Source: Octopus vulgaris
Lineage: Eukaryota
NCBI GenBank assembly: GCA_951406725.2
Contig: OX597822.1
Location: 13,826,001 to 13,890,000, forward strand
Reading direction: 5' to 3'
DNA length: 64,000 bases
Positions within the stretch are counted from its first letter, which is position 1, and the number at the start of each line of letters is the position of its first letter. Below, one piece after another: positions 57,474-64,000 of the stretch. The translations under genes were made by a program, and so were the position numbers. Below the pieces are notes generated by a model that had not been told where the DNA came from, searched no databases, and saw only the letters and a list, made by a program, of their open reading frames with translations.

Positions 57474-57942
57474 TCTCATCCGTATCATGCATACATCACT
57501 TAGCTATAGTTACTCTCATTTAAAAGTCACTTTCCTCTCATTTCTCCGCCACTCCCTCTATCTACCCCCCCCTTCTCTATCTCTGTAGTTTACTCAAAAA
57601 ATTCTACGTCTCTCTCTCTCTCTCTCTCTCTCTTCCTTTATCCCCCTCTTTCCTCCACTCGATGTCATTCTCTTAGGCCATTCATCTCCCCCATATCCAT
57701 ATGTGGATTGCACCTTTATCGCCACGTCCTGTTATACTTTCGAAAGATACCGTCAATTATCAAAGAAGGAATGTTGTCTCCAGAGATAAGACGGGGTGTA
57801 AATGAAATCTATCTTTCGCTGACAGCTGCCACGTATCAGATAAAATAGATATATAGATAGACATGCTGATAGGAATGTGTATTTATATGCTTATGTATAT
57901 GAATACATAAATAGGAAAAAATATAGGTACACACACACACAC

Positions 57943-57998
<56 letters not shown>

Positions 57999-58002
<4 letters not shown>

Positions 58003-58172
58003 AATCCAAACAAGAAGAAGCAAGAAAAAACAACAATGCGAGGACGTAGAACCATGAAAGGAAAGAGGACTTCACGTTTCGAGCGGGGCTCTTCGTCAGA
58101 AACATAGGAAAAGGAAAGATCCAAAGAAGGGAAGACAGAGAAAGAAAATCGCCAACGATACACACGCGGTCA
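57999..58172 (-). mobile_element. PLE-type 3' terminal segment family D with hammerhead-like motif (58069-58103)
   Basis: Revcomp: gttt-CTGACGA-a-gagc ccc gctc-GAAAC-GTG; 3' end abuts (TA)n. Confidence 0.7.
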
Positions 58173-58253
58173 CATATTGAAAACACACACACACACACAT
58201 ACACGTATACATATGATAGATGAGTAGATAGATAGCCAGACAGACAGATAGAC

Positions 58254-58320
<67 letters not shown>

Positions 58321-59097
58321 AGGATGGATGGTATTGTTTGTAGATTAGAGAAAGAAAGTTAGGAGCGTCGACAGATATGTTTGACCCACGAAAACAGTCA
58401 GATGTTTAGATATTTACACACACTTATACCCACATGAACACAGTCACACACATACTTGTCTTTATGCATTACGTGTATCCGCATGTGTTTGTGTCAATAT
58501 CCCGTCCTATGAGTCATGTATTAATTAAGCGGATCACAACAGTTAATGAATGCAGTTCGTTGATTAGTGGTTTCGTTTAACAGAAATAACATGTGAATCA
58601 TAGCATATTTTGAGGGGCGGGTCTTTCATCACTTTACCACTCTCTCGACATCGGAACTCATCTCAAATTCTTCTGTTTAGCAAACTCATATCAAGACGTT
58701 GACGTACGCATATATTTACTTTCCTTTGACGGGAATCAGAGTCTATCACATATTTTTGCTAGGTTCTTGTTTTGTTCTTTTTGCTGTTCCGTTTGCTGAT
58801 TATCACATGCAGTGTTGGTGGCAATCGTGCCATCTCTTTATATATGAAAGACGAAGACACATGTCACTGTTTCTCCTACTGACTATTTTCGTTGTTGTAG
58901 ACAAATGATTTCGTTTCATTGCGTAAAAAGCATTTTAAAAGCCCTCAGAATCAAACATCTTCATAAAAATTGTGGAAATTTAGAAATTAAATTTTTTAAT
59001 AAATACTGTTGCTAAATTTATCCCATACTCAAACATATCCCGTGAAATAATACTGTACTGGTATGCATAAGTTTATGTATGTATGTATGTATGTATG

Positions 59098-59131
<34 letters not shown>

Positions 59132-59142
59132 TGTATGTATGT

Positions 59143-59675
59143 ATTGACCGTGGTGACCGTGGTAGTTGGAGAAGGACTGTGCTTGAGGGGACAACTACTT
59201 CTGAGAAATCTCGAGTTGCGCATAGAAAAGTAAGGAGGGATGTCAGAAAGGGCATCGCTGTTGCACTTCCAGATAGTAAGGGTCTTCCTATGATGCTGAC
59301 ATGCAGTGTCTGTGCAAGACCCTGCCTCAATAAAGCTGGATTCAAGAGTCATCTTCGTAGTCATAAAACGAGACCAATGATTGACAACCAGGCCGCTGCT
59401 GGTGGTGCTGCACACCATACTAATCATACTAATCATATGTGTCAGGCATGTGGAAGGGAGTGTAATTCGGCAGGAGGACCTAAACGACATGCAAAGGTAC
59501 ATGAAGCCCAGTTACAACTACAGCCGGCTATTGCCGGTAAAGGTTTTAGCTGCCAATTCTGTACAAGACATTGTAGATCTTTAGCTGGGCTAAAAAGTCA
59601 CATTCGATCGCAGCACCTTTAACAGTTAAGCCTCGTGCAATGACCATACTCGATAAGGAGGGGGGCAGCTATCAT
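59143..59675 (+). mobile_element. 5'-truncated RTE-like LINE 3' end encoding three C2H2 fingers
   Basis: DRGSWR motif; three Cx2Cx12Hx3-4H fingers; stop at 59622; short 3' UTR; (ATGT)n on both sides. Confidence 0.75.
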
Positions 59676-60013
59676 GTATGTATGTATGTATGTATGAATA
59701 TACACACATTTTATATATCTACTTCCTCTCTTGGCCCTTTACTCCTAATGGATTCGAGATAGGTAGGAGCGCCTTGTAATCTTTATTTTCAAACTTAGCT
59801 TTCGAGAAGAATCGATCAAAAGACGGAAATAGTTCTTTACATAACAACTCCCCATCTGACCCCCGATGATGAACTGAGTCCGTAGTGAACCAGAAAGAAT
59901 ATCGCAAAGCATTTTAAACCGACATTCTAACGATGCTAGTAACGCGCCGCTTTGTAGAGAATGTTTGCATTCACACATTCTTTAAATAAAAAAAAAGTTA
60001 GAGAAACACAACC

Positions 60014-60161
60014 GTTCTATATTTAAGAAATGAGGAATTATGTTCATTATTCATATTATTCACATTTGACGGATGTTTGTCCTCATCTTGTTAACACAGC
60101 ATTTCAGGTGTCTTGGGGGAAATTTCGAGCCTGGGTTCTCATTCCCAAGGTATTTTTTCCA

Positions 60162-60199
<38 letters not shown>

Positions 60200-60600
60200 T
60201 CACTGCTTGGAATCGAACTCGGAATATTGGGGTTAGTAGTCCGCACTCTTAACCACTACGTCATATGCTCGCGGGCAATTATGGAGTGAATTTTAGGGCT
60301 TATAAATCTGCTATTTTCCTATCCTTCCTTAATACCGATTCCCATATGCTATTCTTATCTGCACTTGGTCTGCTTAGGAGGTTGTTGTATCCTAGTATAT
60401 GTGCGGCTTCTTTTAGTTTTCGTATTTTCCAGTGGTGTTCTCTGCCTATTATTTTAACTTCATCCTACAGGGGGAGGTGGTCTCCATTTTTCCATACATG
60501 ATCAGCTATACCCGATTTATCAATATCTCCTCGTGTCAAATGTAAAAAATATAAATAATGTAAATAATGTACATAATTCCTCATCTCTTAAATATAGAAC
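60014..60600 (-). mobile_element. Penelope/Poseidon-type 3' end (PLE-3) with inverted terminal duplication and internal tRNA-like head
   Basis: 60300-60536 revcomp = TRGDIDKSGIADHVWKNGDHLPL*DEVKIIGREHHWKIRKLKEAAHI..; 60014-60070 inverted at 60535-60600; A/B boxes at 60198-60270. Confidence 0.8.
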
Positions 60601-61679
60601 AGGATAAATAAACTGATTCGCATCCTCCAAACAAAACTGATTTCGATCCCATGAAAACGTATAAAGCGTTCTATGGATTCTCTTTACGGATTAACACTTG
60701 TCATACACACACATACAATTTTGTACTAAAGTGACATGCAGCATTACACTACGAATGCAAGTCGATTCGCATACGCACACCCACCAACATATAAGCTCAC
60801 GTTAGTTAATTCACAAATCCACAAACACCAAGAGTTGACTTACACAAAAGTGATCTGTCGCTTTGTTGGCAACCGGGTTGAACTCTGCTAAGGGATAACT
60901 CAATAAATCCCTCAGAAACACATTCAGAGATGTGTGTGTGTGTGTGTGGTTGGGTCTGTTGGCTTGTGTGTACGTACGTGATGTAAAGTTTGTGTAAACG
61001 AGCTTATTCATAGATTTCATTTTTCTTTTTTTTTGTATAGTATATCTCTGAATACTCGCCTCTTATTTGATAAACTGTAGTTTCTTGTATAAATAATGAT
61101 ATAACTCTACACTAGTTGTCTTCGTTGCCCTCATGGCAAATAAAGAACCTATTTTCTTTTCTCACTTTTTGGAAACCACACATGATAAACCAATGAGGAT
61201 GTAAGGAATATGGTTTATATCAGAAAGGAAAGAAGCGAGATAAACAAAACGGAAACACACATGGAAGAACGTGTTTTGACTTTTTTATTTTTTATTTTAT
61301 ATTATTTATATTGCGTTTTTTTTTTTTACTTGTCTTTTTGTTTTTTCTTTCTTCATTCTTGTGAATATCTGGTTTGGCCTGCTTTTATCTGATCTCCCTT
61401 GCTCTGCTCTGTTTCTAATCTGGTTTCAACTGGTCTACAATGGGAGGAAACATTGTTTAGGATGCGGCGTAAAGTACACTCTGTTTATATTATAATTACC
61501 AAGATCTAAAGAAAGAAGCCGAAATGCCATTACACGCCAATGTTCTCTCCACTGCAGTAGACAACACAACACCGTATTACGCTTCGCTACACCACACAGC
61601 GAAATCATGTAACATCTCCACATAAAAGTGCTTCTATGTGGTCTCTCGGCTTCCTAGAAATAGCAAACAAATTTTCCAC

Positions 61680-61800
61680 TGTTCCATATTTGAGAGATGA
61701 GGAATTATGTACATTATTTGCATTATTTACATTTGACGGATATTTGTCCACGGGCATATGGCGTAGCGGTTAAGAGCGTGGGCTACTAACCCCAAAATTC
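61680..61800. mobile_element. PLE-3 tail (-) fused to the tRNA-like head (+)
   Basis: 61680-61749 matches 60014-60082; 61753-61800 gggcatatggcgtagcggttaagagcg.. is the revcomp of about 60221-60270. Confidence 0.75.
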
Positions 61801-62454
61801 AACACTGCTTTATTGGACATCAGGCGTTTTAATGTCACTCTCTTTCTCTCTCGCCATCTTCCTATCTATCTGTCTGCCTGCCTATCTGTCTGTCCGTCCG
61901 TCCGTCCGTCTATCTGTCTATCTATCTAACTACCTATCTATCTCCCCCTCTGTCTGTCTATCTGACTGACTGTCTGTCTGTTTCTCTCTCTCTCTCTCTA
62001 TCTGTCTACCTCTCTCTTTATGTATGAGCCTATTTCTCCTTACGTGCATGAAGAGAGGGGGATGTGTTTATGTCAATTGCGTTCAATTAGTAAATTCTAA
62101 TCTCTCTCTCTCTCTTTCCCTCTTTCTTTTTCTCTTTCTCCCTCATTCTATCTGTATGCTTGTATTTATGCGTACGCGCGTGTTTGGTTTGCCTCCAGTG
62201 CCAAAAAGTACTGTCACCAAAACAGGTTGAATATCTATTCATATTGTCATGGGTGAAACAGCTGCGCCCAATCGTCTCATTTCAGACGAGGGTCATGGCT
62301 GGAACGTCTTAGATCGTATCACTACACAACTATGACAACAGCCAAATCATCTGATAGACTGCAGGTTAAAAAAACACAACGTGGTAGTCTTTATAATGTA
62401 GATCAACTGGTTAGAAATTGCAGCCAAATCTCCCTCAAATAATCCCCTATCATA

Positions 62455-62612
62455 GGCACAGAAATGGCTGGTAAGAAGGCAGCTTCTCAACCACATGGCT
62501 CTGGGTTCAGTCCTACTGTGTGGCACCTTGGGTAAGTGTCTTCTACTATAGCCTAAGGTTGACCGAAGCCTTGTGAGTGGATTTGGTAGATGGAAACTGA
62601 AACAAGCTCGTC

Positions 62613-62676
<64 letters not shown>

Positions 62677-62897
62677 GTATGTGTGTGTTTGTAACTGTAT
62701 TTGTCCTCCCACCATCGCTTGACACCCGATATTAGTGTGTTTTGTCCCCGTAACTTAGCGTTTCGGTAAAAAGTGGACGATAGAATAAGTAATAGGCTTA
62801 CAAAGCATAAGTCCTGGTTTCGATTTGTTCGACTAAAAGGCGGTGCTCCAGCATGTCCGCAGCCAAATGACTGAAACAAGTAAAAGAATAAAAGAAT
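62455..62897 (+). mobile_element. SINE family B
   Basis: Similar to 21053-21484. Confidence 0.85.
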
Positions 62898-64000
62898 ATC
62901 ATTAAAAAAAAAGTTTGATGATAAAGTTGGCCATGGCCAGAACGCTCTTGACTATAGGGGTGTCCATCGGCGGTGACATAGTATTAAAAGACAGCAATGC
63001 CAACGGCCAAACTCTACAACAAAACGCTACATCATGCTATGTATTATCAAACCGCACCACATTGCATCTTTCCACACCGTCCCTAGGTTGCAGTACACTA
63101 CCTCGGTATATTTACACAGCACCACACCTTCTTCACCACCCCAGACCACCCTAAACCAGAACACAGAACGCACCAGCACCGCACCACAACAGCAACAGCA
63201 CCCATCACACATCATGGCTTATCGCATAACGCCTCCTCACTACATTATTGCTACCGCCATTTTCACCATCACCATCACCATCATCTACAACATACCATTC
63301 TATACTACACTACACCGCACCGTAACACCACGACTCCTCACCCTTATTACATTCAGCGCTGCCTGTAAAATATCTCAAATTTCCGATTCTATTTTGGTAA
63401 ATGGTACATTTTTAGTTTTTGGTTGGTTGTAGTGGGAGAGGAGAGAGAAGAAGAGGTGGGAGGTGGATAATGTTTGTTGTTTTGGTAAGAAGCCAGACAC
63501 AGGATAGAGAGATGAAGGTAGGAGGAGGTTAGAGAGAGAGAGAGAGGGGGAGAGAGAGAGAAAATGAGAAATCAAAAACAAAAAAGGAATAATGAAAGAA
63601 AGGAATGAAGAATGGAAGGAAGGAAAGAAAGAAGGGAGGACCGAAGAATGGAAGGTAGGAAGGAAACAGAAAGAGAGAAGGAAAGAATGGAAGAAAGAAA
63701 GAAAGAAAGGAAAGAAAGGAAAAAAGGGAAGAAGGAAGGAAAGAAAGAAAGAAAGGAATATAGAAAGAAGATGGGCGAGCGGAAAGATTTACAATTAAAG
63801 AATAGCAAGACAGGCGGTAGGGAAAGAAAGAAAGAATGAAAATAAGAAAGAAAAAGAAAGTGAACGAAAAGAAAAAATGAGGATAAGATTAAAAAGAAGT
63901 CGTGGATTAGAAGGAGAAAATGAACGAAAGAATTATTAAAATATGGCGTCAGTGGAAGGTAAATGGGTGATGTAGAGTTTAAATATAGCAGCGGAAGAAA

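Noticed and set aside
60198-60270. Genuine tRNA gene
   Set aside because: A and B boxes are present but there is no convincing acceptor stem or poly-T terminator, and it lies within a repeat. The same applies to the other SINE heads.

Overview
AT-rich, microsatellite-saturated animal DNA with no recognisable host protein-coding exon. The SINE families and repeat landscape resemble those I recall from Octopus genomes (inference, no search run). Most ORFs in the supplied track are artefacts of (TA)n, (CA)n, (GA)n and trinucleotide arrays. The real content is mobile DNA: several tRNA-derived SINE families, R4/Dong-like RLE LINE fragments, an RTE-like 3' end with three C2H2 fingers, mariner and Tigger relics, and Penelope-like elements (PLEs). 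The main signal is a PLE/hammerhead system. About ten minimal hammerhead-like motifs occur in 64 kb. Four insertions from three families are fold-backs with both 3' ends facing outward (504-689, 27048-30566, 47951-49680, 60014-60600), the first three inside (TA)n arrays. One is a 3.5-kb non-coding palindrome built mostly of microsatellite-like sequence. Another PLE tail carries a tRNA-like Pol III head, suggesting a PLE-mobilised SINE. A candidate recursive splice site at 52247-52254 hints that the window lies in a very large intron.
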